Below, one piece after another: positions 17,500-31,739 of a stretch of 64,000 nt of DNA. The stretch is taken from NCBI GenBank assembly GCA_011109175.1, contig RDEW01000013.1:351476-415475 (forward strand), written 5' to 3'. The stretch is from Dicyema japonicum. Taxonomy: Eukaryota; Animalia; Dicyemida. Below the pieces are notes generated by a model. It had not been told where the DNA came from and did not search any database. It saw only the letters and a program-made list of their open reading frames with translations. Position numbers and translations under genes: made by a program. How positions within the stretch are numbered: position 1 is the stretch's first letter; every line of letters begins with the position of its first letter.

Positions 17500-19450
17500 C
17501 TTATTAATGAAACATTTCATTGTGAACTCTGAATCACCCGAACATCTTCATAAGACACCAGTCCGAAGAGATGACAACATATCAATTGCTTCCTCTAGGA
17601 TTGCCCCGAAGATTTCATAGAACGTCTCCTACGATTTTCATAGTGATCATAATCCGATTATGTTAAAACAGCCGATTCAATAACTCACGTAGAATTAAAG
17701 CAACCTTCAAGGTTTACAAGAAAGCTGACTGGTCGAATTTCAAGCTCATCATTGACCATAACCTAATACATTTTGATCCCACCTCATTTTTGCTCCATCA
17801 ACAAAGCTGTGGGCCATGTATTCCCTCGAGCTGAAAAGTTGTTTGTCTCACGTGCATTTTACAAATCCTACAAGCCTACTCTGGACTCGGAGACTCGTCT
17901 CCTCGTCAAACAAAGAAACTCTCTGAAGATGAATCATCTGCAAACCTCTTCTGATTTGGAAAATGTAGAATGCTTAAATCAGAGAATTACTAAGCTCATC
18001 AGAGAAAAGATAGATATGCCGTGGAACCGAATATTGTCATTTATTGGACAAATGATATCCACGAGTCTTTTATGGAAAACTATTCGTCGAATTAAGCTTA
18101 ACTTATCAGATGTACCAGAATCCGTTTCTGCTCTAAATACTGAACAATCTAACAACCTAATGAAATATTACGCATCTATAAGTCACAAGGACTTCTCGAA
18201 AACTCATTTTTGTCACCTTCGGAATTTAATGCCTAAACCAACTTCGTGGATCGATTTACTTACGCATGCCGGGGTCACAAAGGCTATAAGATCGATGAAG
18301 AGATTTATACATGTGGTCCTGACGATATCCCAGGAATTTTGCTAAAAACACCTTGGTAATGTTGCAATCAATTTGATTACGTCAATTTTTAATTTGTCTT
18401 CTAACAAGAACGTCATCCCATGCAAAAAAAACTCACTTATAATACCCTTTAAAACCAGGAAAACTGAAAACTTTACCTTCCTACAGTCCAATTTCATTAA
18501 CGTGCGCATTATCGCGCCTAATGGAGAAACTTGTACTCTGGAAAATTAAATCCCATTTGCTTGACTGCCACTTTCAACATGGTTTCAAATGTGAGCGTTC
18601 AACTACGACACATTTGACTTCACTGTCTCAATTTATATCAGAAGGGTTCAACGAACCTACGGACAATAGTGGTTTCCCTGGATATCCAGAAGGCGTTCGA
18701 TTCTGTCTCGAGAACATTACTCACGAAAAAGGTTTTTGACACCACCATTTAGCCGGATTTGAAAAGAAGGATAGCCAATTTTTTCTCCGGAAGAAGAGGA
18801 CGTGTCTGTATAGGCCACGCAAGATCGAGGTCCCGTCTCCTACCATATTCCTAATCGATTTACCCTGTCCTGGAGGACCAGATTCAATGCTTCTCACATA
18901 TGCTGACGACTTAATTATCGCTAGCAGAAGCAAATACCTATATATGGCAAAATCTGAGCTTCAGTCACATATTGATGTCCTGGGAGCCTGGTTGAATTTG
19001 AATCGTCTTTCCATATTCAGGGATAAATCAACGTATACTATCTTCACCACAGACATAAAAGAAAAATATACACTGGATTTGAGCAAATATGGAGTCCAGA
19101 CCGTCACGGGAATGCGCTGTCGTCTTGTATAATCAACTTTTAAAACCGACGGTTGAGTATGCTTGTGTCTCATGGGCTTGTGAAGTTTCAATATCAAATT
19201 TGTACAAGATCAATTCCCTAATAGCAAAATTGGTACGTCTAACGAATCTACCTGCCGACCTTTCCTCCCCAATGTTTCACCACGCCTCAATCGAAAACAA
19301 CGGTTCCGGTTTCATCGGTCTGTGTGGTCATGAAACAAGTTGTTTCTTCCATTCAAGACTAGAAGCCTCAAATACACGTAAGTTGTGAAAAAACCCACCC
19401 TCCTCAAAATCTAGTGAGAGGTGATCGTCGTCGGTACAGGAAAGCAGAAA
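17500..19450 (+). mobile_element. Degraded APE-RT LINE (Ingi/Vingi-like relative)
   Basis: SDHNPI, FQHGFK, AFDSV, YADD, LYNQLLKPTVEYAC; 3' region homologous to 25460-25775. Confidence 0.8.
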
Positions 19451-19459
19451 ATCCTTTGA

Positions 19460-19800
19460 TAAGATTAGGTTTCCTCTATGCCTTCTATGTGGAAGAGCAT
19501 GCACCAGAGGCACTCTGATGTAGGTTGAAAGAGGCAAATGTATCGGTACAGGTGTCGTCTTGGACAAGAAATTTCCCTGCTTCAAAGGGTAAGATTGTCA
19601 TCTTATCGGGTCGTTTTTCTGCAAAGGCCGACTGGTTAGAGCATAGAACGATGTCCGGCGGCGTCCAAAGCTCGCCTAACGACTTCGTTCAAGGCCATGT
19701 GTCTAGAAGATCTGACCGCACTATTCTTGCAAGAGATAGGGTGCAGGGTAAAACAGTAAATCGGCATGGATGCGGCAACAACAAACAAGCTCAGCAGTGT
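19460..19800 (-). mobile_element. CRE-like restriction-like endonuclease fragment
   Basis: SRHMALNEVVRRAL..PVGL..KRPD.MT.LPF..G..L..D.TCTDTFA. Confidence 0.7.
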
Positions 19801-20640
19801 TGATTAGATGACATCAGCAGATATTCAAATGACTTATTTGTAATGGAAAACTTTGAACTTATTGATTTTGTTTGTTTCACTTTAATACTAATATTTAAGG
19901 TCTTTCACATTGAAATTCCCACTTCACCGTTATCTATTTTATAAGGCATCTGGATGATAGTCACATTCTAACCTAAATGTCTCCATTATGGATGAAATTA
20001 TTTGTCTTTTTTCTTTACGTGAGCATGGAATGGATCAGGAAACATTGGAAACCGAAAGTTCTACAACAACAAAAAGCGTCGGATCCACGTAAGATCCTGG
20101 TTCAAATCTCGTCCTCCCCAAAATTGAAAGAACTTTGAGAATTCCCGCATGAGTTAATATGATTGGATGTTGTAATACCTTGTCACTGTGAAGGTCAATC
20201 GATGATATCATCAATTATTGATAAATATTTTTTGCTATGCTCTTTTTGTCTTAAAATGATTAAATTTATTATTAGACAGAAAACAAATCAGACACCAGCT
20301 GCCAAAGACAGCGAACACAACGATGGAAATTCCAAAAAACAAAAATATAACCAACATAGTGAAAACGTTGTAACTTTCAGGTGTTGTTCTTAACTCAAAA
20401 TAATTAAAAATATTTTTTGGGCGGAAACAAACATTCCTAACACATATATTCTAATACACTTGTATAAAAACAAATAAATAGTATCTTCAAACAATTTACT
20501 AATTACCAAGATGAATGCATCCTCATGTTATTTAAATGTTCAAGTCATCGCTTTGCACTGATCCCCCAGCGAGTACTGCTTAAGATTTAAAAAAATGAAG
20601 TACCGTGGCATCGATTCACATCTAGTCTATATCATTAGAC

Positions 20641-20775
20641 ACGTCTGGCTTACTCGGCCATAACGCAACAAAGTTTGTGTGGTTGATCAGACGGCTTTCA
20701 GGTCTGAGGAAAGGGGCCTAGAGCGACGCAACATTTGGGTTGGTTATCACGAGGATAACTCCCACTGGAGACCGT
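20641..20775 (+). ncRNA. Candidate structured RNA (three consecutive hairpins), family unknown
   Basis: GC-rich island; stems CGTCTG/CAGACG + TCGGCCAT/GTGGTTGA; GCTTT/AGAGC + AGGTCT/GGGCCT; GGTTATC/GATAACT; many G-U pairs. Confidence 0.3.
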
Positions 20776-20829
20776 AAACATAATCTTAAATGTAATACAA
20801 AAAATGTTAAAATTTAAAGAAAAGCAAGA

Positions 20830-21941
20830 TCAGATTGCACGATAATACATAAGGTAATCCCTCAATGACTTATGTAGGGGATACTCATTGATAAACTTAG
20901 CCATCAGTTCAATGTAAGGAATAGTATCTCCCATTTCCTCATATCTATTCGTATTGTAATCTTCTGGTGATGGATGCGCATAAATCAACTCCAGATTCTC
21001 AAATTCAAAATGATCTGAAATAACCGGTCTGTCAAAACCATCAAGAGTGTCCATGTAAAACTTACGAAGGGGGACATATTCATGTCCAATGTGACCAGTG
21101 ATCCAAAACCGTACAGATTCGCGGATTTTACTCCGACACAAACTTTTCAGAGAAGGACATCTGACGTCTCGGCAGTCAATAAAGTTTATAACCTGGCAGA
21201 GTGGCAGGCTGCGACTCCGGGAAAGGAATCTGCATGTCCTTAAATCTGACCCCCATAATTACAGAAGAAGTCACTTGGCCATCTTGATCTTTGCAGATCT
21301 TGAGAAACTAAGCATTTAATAATATTATTAACGGAATCTGAGCATGGCATAACCATAATTCCACGAGGAGCAAGTAAGGTAACAAAGAAATCATAGAAAT
21401 TTTCAGATATGTTAGCTCCACAGTATATTCTATCGTAAAAGTCCCTGTATTTGTTGGAATCAACGGAGTGAACGTTCCCAACAACAAATTGAGGCTCACA
21501 AAAGTCAAACATGTCAAAAAAGGGATTTTTAGACATAAATTCCTTAACTTTTCGTCGAGAATGCTTTACGACGTCTTTTTTCATCTCAATCCCATGGTTC
21601 ATTCCACATACTCCTAGAAAAAATCAAATCGGAGACCAACCGAGCAGACATCCGACAATTGTGGAAAAATACCCCGAACCAGAGCCAACATTGAGGAATT
21701 TGTGACCCTTGGTAATGTTCAGTGCACAGAGGGCCTCAACATAAATGGTCGGACTGGATATGTGAATAATTCCGTTTACAATCGGGTTGAGGCTGTACAC
21801 AAGAGATCGGTCTTCGTGATCGGAAAAAAACTTTCTATCGACAATCCTCAAGATCATTTCCAAATCACTGGGTACATTGTTGTTGTTACACAATTCGTCA
21901 ACGACTTCATCATTGTCCCTTTTCGAACCACCATTTCCCAT
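20830..21941 (-). CDS. PCMTD1: Protein-L-isoaspartate O-methyltransferase domain-containing protein with SOCS box
   Basis: MG..DNDEVVDEL, HISSPTIY, FLNVGSGSGYFST, NHGIE, FDFCEPQFVVGN, YDRIYCGA, BC-box PSLKSLCR, C-terminal YPLHKSLRDYLMYYR. Confidence 0.92.
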
Positions 21942-22369
21942 CTACTAGAGATAAATTAAAAAAATATTATTAAATTTTTTTTTATTTTTATTAACTTATA
22001 AATTAAGTTATTTATATATTTTATCAATCAAAACTCATCGAATTTTGAAAATTTAGTGATTATTTATATTTTAGAAAACAAATTGAAAATATTATGAAAT
22101 ATTAAGTGATAAAACCTCAAATTCAGATTACAACCTCAATTATCGCTTTAATTTATGCATTTTGCATTAACAAATAAAGAATATATAAGAATTATTATAT
22201 ACTGTTGTTGATACATGAGTCACATTTTGATTATATTTTTCATTATATATTCGCTTACCTATATCGAATTGAAAATAATTATTTTTAATTTTGTTAGTAT
22301 TTTTTCATTTCTTTTTAAATTGCAAGTTATAAATTGTTTTTTGTGCTTTGTGTTATAAATTTCCTAAAT

Positions 22370-22621
22370 CTCATACATATTTACAAGAACACCTAAAGTA
22401 GATTTATACTACCAAAATGCTCTAAGATAGTAAAATCATCTAACAATACTACACCGATCTACATCTTAATGGAAAAGACATCAGCGTGAATGCTACAAGT
22501 ATAGAGACTCAACTTTTTCTTACTCAAGATAACGAAGAAAACTGGATATCTTTTTGGTTAAATCATTTTAAAATGCCGATATTCTACTTAACAAATTAGG
22601 GAATTGTTATGTAAAAAAGCT
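22370..22621 (+). repeat. Dispersed repeat, second copy at 45459-45712; probable decayed hAT-type transposase
   Basis: Roughly 80% identity by eye; the 45.6 kb copy reads LVKAFLDSDIPLNKLGN. Confidence 0.6.
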
Positions 22622-22689
22622 GTTAAATTATCGGTGTTTCTTTGGCTTAAATAATAATAATAATGTCCCTACAATTTATATTATTGAAC

Positions 22690-23330
22690 TACAGAAAACA
22701 GTCCAGGTCGTGATATGCGTGCTGGAATGGTGTGTTGTAAATGAATAGTTGTTTATCAATCGCCAAGTTGGCCATAGTTGCTCCAGACATGTTCCTCCGA
22801 CCTCTCCCATGGGTACCCATGAAGCTCAGTTCTCGGGCCCCTTTCCGACCTTCGCGTTCCAATCTCCACTTATGTAAAGTAGATAGCTCGTGGATATTTC
22901 CATAAGGGTTGTGGATAGTGAACTGTAAAAGTCATCCAGTTCCGTTGGGTTTTTAGAGACTTTTGGAGATGTTGGAGCATATTCGTTTATAATTATAATT
23001 GTAGAGTTAGATCCAGTTTCCAATTGAATTAAGAAAATTCTGTCATTCATTTTCCATATTCTTTTTATATATTCCCGGAGTCTGATATCCACCACAAAGC
23101 CCATTCCGTAGTGCTGACCAAGATTAGGTCGTGGTCAGCATTTTGTTCATTATTTCCATCTTTGAGTTTGGTCTCTTGCAGGCAGCAGATAGTAATGTTG
23201 TATCGTTTCAGATCCTGGCAGAGTGACCTCTTTTTGACCTACGACTTTAGTCCTCGAACGTTGAAGGATGCTAGAGTGAACAGAGAGCTTGAAAAGAGTG
23301 AAAAAGACATTAGTGCAATTTGAGATGCGT
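22690..23330 (-). mobile_element. RTE-clade 5' fragment (APE domain)
   Basis: LASFNVRGL, CLQETK, YGMGF, YAPT, GDWNAKVG. Confidence 0.8.
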
Positions 23331-23599
23331 CACCAACATCAAACAAAAAAAGCGATTAACAAAACGCATCCAGGAGAGGGTGGCACAGGCGAGATAACTT
23401 TACTAACGTTGTTTTGCGGTGTACTTATTAATAATAAAATGATTATAGATTAGTCATTTTTGAGAATAATTTAGAGCTTATTTTGTTTATAGTTGAACGC
23501 TAAAAATACAAAATAATTTAAAAAATAAAAAAAATAATAAAATTGTCCTATTTTAGTCTTAAAATGTCCTAATTGAATTTTATTCCAAGATCACCGTTA

Positions 23600-24420
23600 A
23601 GCCGAAAAATAGTGATTCTGAAGAATTTGATTAAGACTCTCAGTTTGGCTTGATACTCCTATTTGATCCTGGGTCCTTCGTTATTCCTTCTGATTAAAAT
23701 CTCCAAAAGTGTTGGCGTCGTGTTCTTTTCGTCCATAGACCATTTTTCTGTCACACCAAAATCAATTTTTGTAACCAAAAGTTTCTTGACATTGAATGCC
23801 CCCGTGAGGCACATGTGTAGCTTAATATATTTCGAGTAAAGCGTTTTTAGTATGAGAATATTCCCATGGGGCTTTTCATCAGGTTGATTTTGTACCTCAT
23901 TTGTTTAGCACACTTTCGACATGCCATTCGATATATGTGTATCGAGAATTATTCCCAGGATTCCTTGCCCTTTTAGTAATATTTTCCCATCAGCTTCAAT
24001 TTACATTTTTGTTTGACTTCATCTTTTCAGTAGGTTATTGTATAGCTACAAAAGTAAACAATTCAAGCAATTTTGTATTTTCTCTGCTGCAACCTGGACG
24101 TCATGATCCCGCGATGATAAAATGATGTCGTCTGCATAAGCCAAGGGAAGGTCATATTCCCCTCTTGGTATTGGAATGTCAATCAAGAATAAGTTTAAGA
24201 GTAGCAGGGATATTGATGAACTCCAGGATACCCCATTAGAGTGGTTGAATGTTTAGGGAGACTGATTGAATGTTCTCAAGAAAGACTCGCCCCCTTCGAT
24301 AGCTAGGAAATCTAGCCAGACAGAGTATAAAATTCCCAGGAATGTTTGTCTAAAAGTTATTCAAGTAATATTTATCCTGGAAACGGAGTGAATGTTTTAT
24401 AGATGTAAACTTATTTGTAA
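23600..24420 (-). mobile_element. Degraded LINE RT fragment
   Basis: LLNLFLIDIP..LAYADDII, ILGIILD. Confidence 0.7.
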
Positions 24421-24440
24421 ACGTCTTATTTTAAAAACGT

Positions 24441-24516
24441 GGCGTCATGTGGTCCACCAGACAGAATAGCCATAAAGGCGATCAGAGTGTGCGTAACGCA
24501 CTTCAGAAAAGGACCA
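24441..24516 (+). ncRNA. Diverged copy of the retroelement 5' pseudoknot
   Basis: GGCGTCATG-TGGTCC-ACC...GTGCG/CGCAC hairpin-CAGAAAA-GGACCA-TTTGCT; P2 covaries with the SINE copies; P1 3' strand decayed. Confidence 0.55.
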
Positions 24517-24949
24517 TTTGCTTTCTTCCACCGGAGAGTAATGTCACCCCGGTCGGCGAATTTATGGAATTTCAAACTGAGAATAATACTGTCTTCTGGT
24601 TTGTGAGAAAAATAGAATGAATGAAGTCACTCAGAAAGATGTCATATAGTTGATCGTTATTTTTGAATTCATATTGGAACGATAAGAATTTCCTTTACTT
24701 TCATAAGGACGAAATTCGTCAGGATTTGGACACAATACAGAATAGAATTTGGACACATAAATGCATCCCTACCAATCGAAGTTAGCCATACAGAGTTTGA
24801 TTTTCCTAAAGATATCCGTTTGGAAAATCTTTAAGGTAAGTTTTTTTCAGTAGTAAGTCGAATCTTGTATATGGTCTGGGCAGAGTACAGCATTCTGATG
24901 TCTATGTTGGTAAGGGATGCAAGATGAGTATATGTTAACCATTCTTTTT

Positions 24950-25775
24950 TGAAACCCCGAACTTTAGACATTGAGAAAAAATGATACAATATATAGAGCC
25001 GGATAGTGTTTACTAGGTCTCAGAAGTATTATAAGAATCCCATCACACCAATAAGTAGATATTCTCGTATGACTCAGCATTTACCTCACATCGTCCTATT
25101 TCTTTAAGAACCCCATGAGGTAATAGTGTAGGATGTGAACGTGTAGATATTCGTCTGATTGAATTTAGTTTATTGAGTTTGGAAGAGGATATCACAGACC
25201 TCCACACGGGACAGGCATATTCAATTGTTGGGACAAAGACCCGGCTATACAATCTGAATATGCATTCCACAGGAGAAACGGGACAATTCTTGCTTTCAAT
25301 AGATTCAAATTCAAAATTCCCTTGTTCAAGAAAAGGCCATTAGTCACGTCGTTTTTAGTAAAATAAATAGACTCTGGTTCTTTTTTCGGTTTTTATATTT
25401 ATTTATTTAATAACCCCGAAAAGGGAAACACCAAGAAAGAAGGAGTAAACAAACTAATTAAGTGATCCCGGTACGCCTCAACAGGATCGAGAGGTTTTTC
25501 CTATGTTCCTCCAGAGTACCCACAGCTTTCCTGAATACACGACGATCATCTTTCATTAGAGTTTGAAAAGGGGTGGGTTTTTTCCCCAAATTTTTTGTAT
25601 TTGAGGCCTCTAGCCTTGAATGGAAGAAACGACTTGTTTCTTGGCCACACAGACCGATAAAGCCGGAGTCATTATTTTTGATTGCGGCGTGGTCAAGCAT
25701 TGGGGGGAAAAGATCGAGGGTTAGATTTGTTAGACGTTCCAGTTTGCCTGTTAGGGAGTTAATCTTGAATGAATT
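24950..25775 (-). mobile_element. Two LINE 3' fragments in tandem (24950-25350; 25400-25775) with CGGGGTT tails
   Basis: LYSRVFVPTIEYACPVW; second ORF ends RRTGIT* in a gggatcacttaa...cggggttatt tail. Confidence 0.75.
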
Positions 25776-25868
25776 GGTTTTTTTATATAGATGTCAAGTT
25801 ATACGAATTTTAAATAAATTAATTTATAAATTACATCTATTTTATTAGAACAAACATAAAGCCAAAAG

Positions 25869-28800
25869 TTGAATTTCATATCTTGTTGTTCTGATTTTGA
25901 CGAAATGTTTCTGGTCAAAATAGAGGATATTCTGAGAAATACTGAATACTATCAACTTTTAAAATTAGAACACGATGAGTTAAATAATTACGTTGTTTCG
26001 AGAATTATGGAACCAACATATGCTCAGATCAGGGATGCATACGGGGAGTTGACTCTTCGAGAAAAATTAAGCTATTGTGGACGGATAATGAACTCCAATG
26101 AGCTGTATTTTGTATGCAAGTTAAAATTTTAATTTATTTTTCAGCGAGTGTTCTACTGATTCCACGTGTGTTTTGTGCTACGACTGTTTCTTTAATAGTG
26201 AGCATGTAAAGCACCGTTATAAAGTAAAAATAATTTTAAAACAAGTTCTATACAAGCGGGGGATCTGGATCGTGTGACTGTGGTGATCCGGAAGCTTGGA
26301 AGACATTTCCATCATGCTCATTGCATTCATCTCCAAAAATAGATTTTATGGTTTATCTTAATTTTACTGTCAAAGTCTAATTCCTGTCCCGTGGTCAACA
26401 AATATTGCGAACTTTTTGCCAAGTTATTTAAAGCTGCTTGTGCTTCAGTTCTTTTGGCCAACTTCTACAGAAAATGCTCCAGATTTTATTAAATCTGAGA
26501 TTTCTTTTGAAAATTACGCCCTTGCATTGCTTAACGATGAATTACATTCCTTCAATTTGGTTTGTATTTTCATTAAATTCCTAAGGCGACAGCCACAATA
26601 TTAAATGTTCTGAACTGTAGTACCTTTCAAGCGACTAGGATTGCCAACAACATAGACTCTCATGTATGTGCTTTTTTTATTTCAGGGAAAAGTGTTTATA
26701 AGCATAGGAAATATGAGAAAATGCAAAAGACTGGCTTCTTTTATAAAAGTTTATGGGTTCTGGTTAATTTTAGACAAATTCGAGGAATCGAAATGGGCCA
26801 TTGAAGACAGAAATAATTCACGTGGCCATAGCTACTTTCCAACAATTAACAATGCTTTCTTTAATCCACTTGGTTGAATATCTTGAGAAATTTGGTTTGT
26901 GTATTTTTGAAATTCAGGATACCTCGAATTTGTGTGTCAAAAGATTTCGATTGAGTCAGACAACCTAAGTAGCTTTATTCGTCCTTTGTTGTCTAAAAAC
27001 ACACGGCTGTGGAGAGGTTTTCGGTGGATTAATTAAGATGTTCGAGTCACGTTCCATAAGATCCTTTTTTCATCGATTCGATTCAACCCGGCAAACAAAC
27101 TTGAGTTTGCAAGAATATTCACTGAGGTTTTTTGTCACTTTTATTATAGATGTATCCGACCATTTTTGAGCATTACGTTACCGAAGAGGGAGAAGAAGAG
27201 AATTCCATCATACACGAGAATGTGCAAATATACACAGTTCCATCAATAGTAAAGACACTCATTCTGGAAGATGATCTGCTCCATGTTCTGTTTAAAACGG
27301 CTGTGACCCACTTGTCGACTCTTGTAGAAAGTAATAGTATTCTTAATGGGAAGACAAATTTTCTGTAAATTCTATCCTCTCCCTTGATACTGATATAGAA
27401 TTCTCCGCTGACATACATCCAATGATCAACCGCATCTATTACTCTGTCAGATCTATAAAGTTTACATTATGATTTATCCTTAGCTATGTTCTCAAGAATA
27501 GCTTCGATAAGCGGGATTTCACTGACAATTTTAGGGAAAAGGTTTTGATCGGTTTTGAAGACTTTCTAAACTTGATTTCGATATTTCAGGTTTTTTTGGT
27601 TTTTACTGTAGCGAATTAACGCAGTTATCAAGAGAAAAAAGAGTCACGTGTCGACCCAGAGTCGTTGGGAGGAAGCATTTGTTATGATAATCAACATTTA
27701 CAACATATTTGACAACTTTTTATTATTATTGAAGAATGATGTTGTGGTGGTCATGATTTATAGGAAAAAACACTCCTTGATGCGTTTATAATGTCGAAAT
27801 GTCGAATATCTGATGATTTAAACGGTCAAGACGGAGTACTTGACAGAGAATGTTTCAATTCCTTCTATGATCATGAATTTTGTGTTCTTGATATTTATAA
27901 TGATTATTACATGTCATTTAATTTTCCTCTCACTCACATTTTCCCCTTATTTGTAGCTTCATTTTATTCTCTTAATATTAACACAGACATCTTTGGAAAT
28001 TGTGAAGTATTCTAGATTCTTTAATTCGATAGACTTTGTCGCCACTTTTGTTGATGGAGCCATCACTTCAAGCAATTTTATTCTATTTGGAGGTTACAGC
28101 TGGGATGTGGAAACTGAACGGATTGTCTATAGAGAACCAGGCTCATCATTATTCGAGCCGTCCAATGTGCAGAAATATGGGAAATCTTGACATTATGATG
28201 CTTCAAATTTGTGCTTCTTTCATGTCTCCCGAGGACTTTATTTGCACTCTCCTTGTTAAATTAAAAGTTTCCCGTTTTCTAATGTTTTTATTATTTCATA
28301 ATTTAGACCAAACATAATTGATGACCAAGACACTGGGGACCAACATAGAATTGAATACACTTCTAACTTTATGCGGATTCTGGTTAGAATGCAACGTATG
28401 TGAATTGAGTTACTTTCGTAGTTGATCGATACGAGCCTGGACTTTCGGAGGCCAGTGAATACGACATTATGCGATATGTGATTGTGAATAGTTTGGCTGG
28501 GAATATTTCAAGATATAACAGCATTATAAATCACTTTCAGGTTAGTTTGACTGTAACGCTAGAATTTAAAATACAAGAGGGAGTCAGATATTGAAGACAT
28601 TTTACATGAAGTTGCTAATTTATGGTCTCTCATTTTGTTGTATTTTCAGCACAAAGGATAAAGAGCAAAAATACTATGAACTTAAGGATGAGTACTGGGA
28701 GCTGTATAATCCTTATTTCTACAGTTCGGGTCAAATTGAGAATGCGACTGTATTAGTTTTCATTATTTTAGTCTAAAAATAATTTTTCAAGGAAAAAGAA

Positions 28801-31586
28801 GAGCATTGGAAAGAGTTTTGGTATTTTCATACTCAATATTATAGGATGCTTTTTCCCCTCCAAAATTCCTAGATTCTCTGGGGTGTTCTGCAATTTGACT
28901 AAATTACTGACTTGTCGTATCTTCATTGCTTTAATTAAACAAGAAGTTGAGTTGTTAAACTCCCAAGTTGGTTCAGAATCAATCATTGAATATGTATTGC
29001 TATAAAATTCACAAATTAGTTTCTCTATCTCATTTCAATTAGTATGATTGACCACGAGAACGCCTTCTCAGATTATCCCCACTCAGAGTTCCTGAATTTA
29101 CTTCAACCTATTGTTAATCACGTTGCCAATTTCCACCAAGAAGTTTCAGAATTGTTCTACTACGTAATAAATGTAAATTATTTTTGATCATACAGAAACT
29201 AAAAAAATTAGCCTATGAAACTCAAATTCCTAACGATACATGTTTTTCCTTTGACAGAAATAGGAACAAGATTCAAAGGATGGAGCAGGTTAAACAGAAA
29301 GAGATGGAAATACTAAAAATAGAAGAAAAAATGCTTTGAATAAGATTTTGAAAGAATATGCAAACGAGGGGTTGGGTCTTTTTCTTACCTTTAGAGATAA
29401 TATTGATAATCCATTAGATACCAATCCGTTGAAAGAAATGATGGTTGATGAAAAAATCTGCGTTGTTTGCAAAGAGGTCTGTGACCATGCACTCTCTTTG
29501 AATGAAAATTATGTGATAATGCCCATTTATATTCAAAAGTCACGTGTTTTATTAATTATTTAGATCCAATGTGTTGTGTCAGAATACTGAATCTCCCATA
29601 AATTACAATAATTTTATGTCGTGGGATTTGCCTTTGGGTACATACATTTCATCTTGCTGTCACGTGCTTCACACTAGTTGCTTAAACAGATACCTGAATT
29701 CGGATGGGACTACACTCGATGTGCCTTATAAATGCCCTCTCTGCCTCCGTCCTGCCACCTCTTTATTCCCATTTTACCTATATTCTATTTTCCTCAACTC
29801 CCTGAGTTGGTATTTTGTGACATTTTAGGCTTAACGCAGAATTTAATTTTTCTGATTGGTTGACTCATCTAAAAGCATTAATGATAAGCTCCACAAACGA
29901 TAATATTAACAATTTAGAGAAGGGAATTGGTAATGAGTATTAATATTCCTAGTGACTTGTGATCATTTAATATATACTCCAGATCGACTGTCTTATAAAA
30001 ATGTGAAATCACAGTATTTATTTTTTACAATTGCAGTTCTCTCGTTTCTTCCTATATTGTAGAAAATATTAAAATGTTTTTTAAAAATGTTTCTAATGTT
30101 TTGTTTGTTGTCATCCTTAGTATCCTGTTGATGCTGACTCATTTCTCCGATGCACGTGGAACTCTATTGCCTACACTATACGTTGTTTGGGTTTTCATTA
30201 AATTAATAAAATTAGAAAATTTGATGACTTTTGATGGGAACTCTCTCCAAGACAGCAACGATTTGTATTGGAGGGAATATGACTGCATTAATACATGTTT
30301 GAAGGCAAGCAGTGTTCTTTTAACAATTGTCCCGGGTCAAGTTATAGAGAAAGATTGTGCTAGACTGCTTTCTTGTTATATTTTTATGAGTTACCTTTTA
30401 GTTCTACTAGTACGAGGTTATTCCGTAGAACAAAATTCTATTTTGGATATCGATGCATTCCATTTACTTGTTAACATTGTACTTTCTTCCTCTTTTGAGC
30501 CTCTCCTTAATTTTAAACGTCACAACCACATATTCCGTCTTATACTTTTACTTCACTTAATTCAATTATTTCTCACATACTGTACACTTTTTGTGGTTAT
30601 ATTAGACCCCGTTGAGGTGGAAGAACAAATGGAAGACGGGTCAACAACTCAACATAATTTTTTTAGTCATATAAGTGAATCTTTTGGGTTATCCGTGTGT
30701 ATAATATAGAATCAAATTAAAGAGTACGCTAAGTGCTGAAAAAACTGAGGAGTACTTAATCGAAGGGTCGTTTAGTTTTGTTAGATGCTCTGCCATATTT
30801 TTCGCATTTATGGCAGACGTTAACCCAAAATCATTTTCGTCCTGTAAAATTGTGTTTTAATTTAGCTAATTTATGTGGTACTGTTGATATTATGAATTAC
30901 CTCCTTGGGTCTTCATATTCTTCCATGTTGGACTTTTTTGAGGACAATGTTTATTCCTTTTTAGAAATTTTACACGAGTTGTTCATTTTTAATACTTTTA
31001 GCTGGTTTAGTGGACATATTCTTTTATTTTCCAAAATATCGCGTACTCGTTACCCCACTTACCATCAGAACATTGGTGCCACTCAATGATTCATTTGTTG
31101 ACCTTTATTACAATTGCTATCAGAATAGGTTTATACTTTGTTTACTTGTAGATGCTTACATGACTCCACAATTAACATAAAACGAGTGTTTCTTCCAGCA
31201 ATATGCCTGCTTTGTGGAAATTATGTGTGTATAACCTGTCCCAAGTCAGTGAATATTTTGAACTCGCATTCTTCTAGTTGTTCACCCTCTTCATTTCTCA
31301 TTGTTTTTGAGTTTGTTGTGTTTAATATTCTAAAGTGTTCAAAACTCCCAACTTGCTCTCATCGGCAAAAAAATATACTACGTAAATCATTCTCTCTATA
31401 TTGATAAATACGGGGAAAGTGACATTGGTCTTGAGTATTATACTTTTATTATTTCCTAGAAATCATAATTTGACGACATTCTCCTCATATCAGTGCTACA
31501 AGTTTACGAGAATGTGGCTGAATCATTCTATAATCACCGATCTTCTTCAATCTGCTATTGAGACTTTTGATTTATTCATTATTTGA
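25869..31586 (+). CDS. UBR1: N-recognin E3 ligase UBR1/UBR2-like, many micro-introns (start uncertain)
   Basis: UBR box CG...C.ECSTDSTCVLCYDCF..SEH..H..CDCGDPEAW; ClpS-like LLNDELHSF; RING CVVC..SCCHVLHTSC..CPLC; C-terminal PAICLLCG..YIDKYGESD. Confidence 0.88.
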
Positions 31587-31739
31587 TTATTTCCATTTTA
31601 GTTGGGTAAATCCTTCACTGATCTCATGTTTTTGGCACATCTTACATTTGATATAAGTCATACTATTAGTTTTCTGTTTAAGTTCGATTTATTCGATAAC
31701 CAAAGTCGTATATGTTATCAAATTAATAAATAAAAACAA

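Noticed and set aside
20075-20121. tRNA-like 3' half (GGTTCAAATC B-box)
   Set aside because: No acceptor or D-arm partner; at most a decayed tRNA or SINE fragment.
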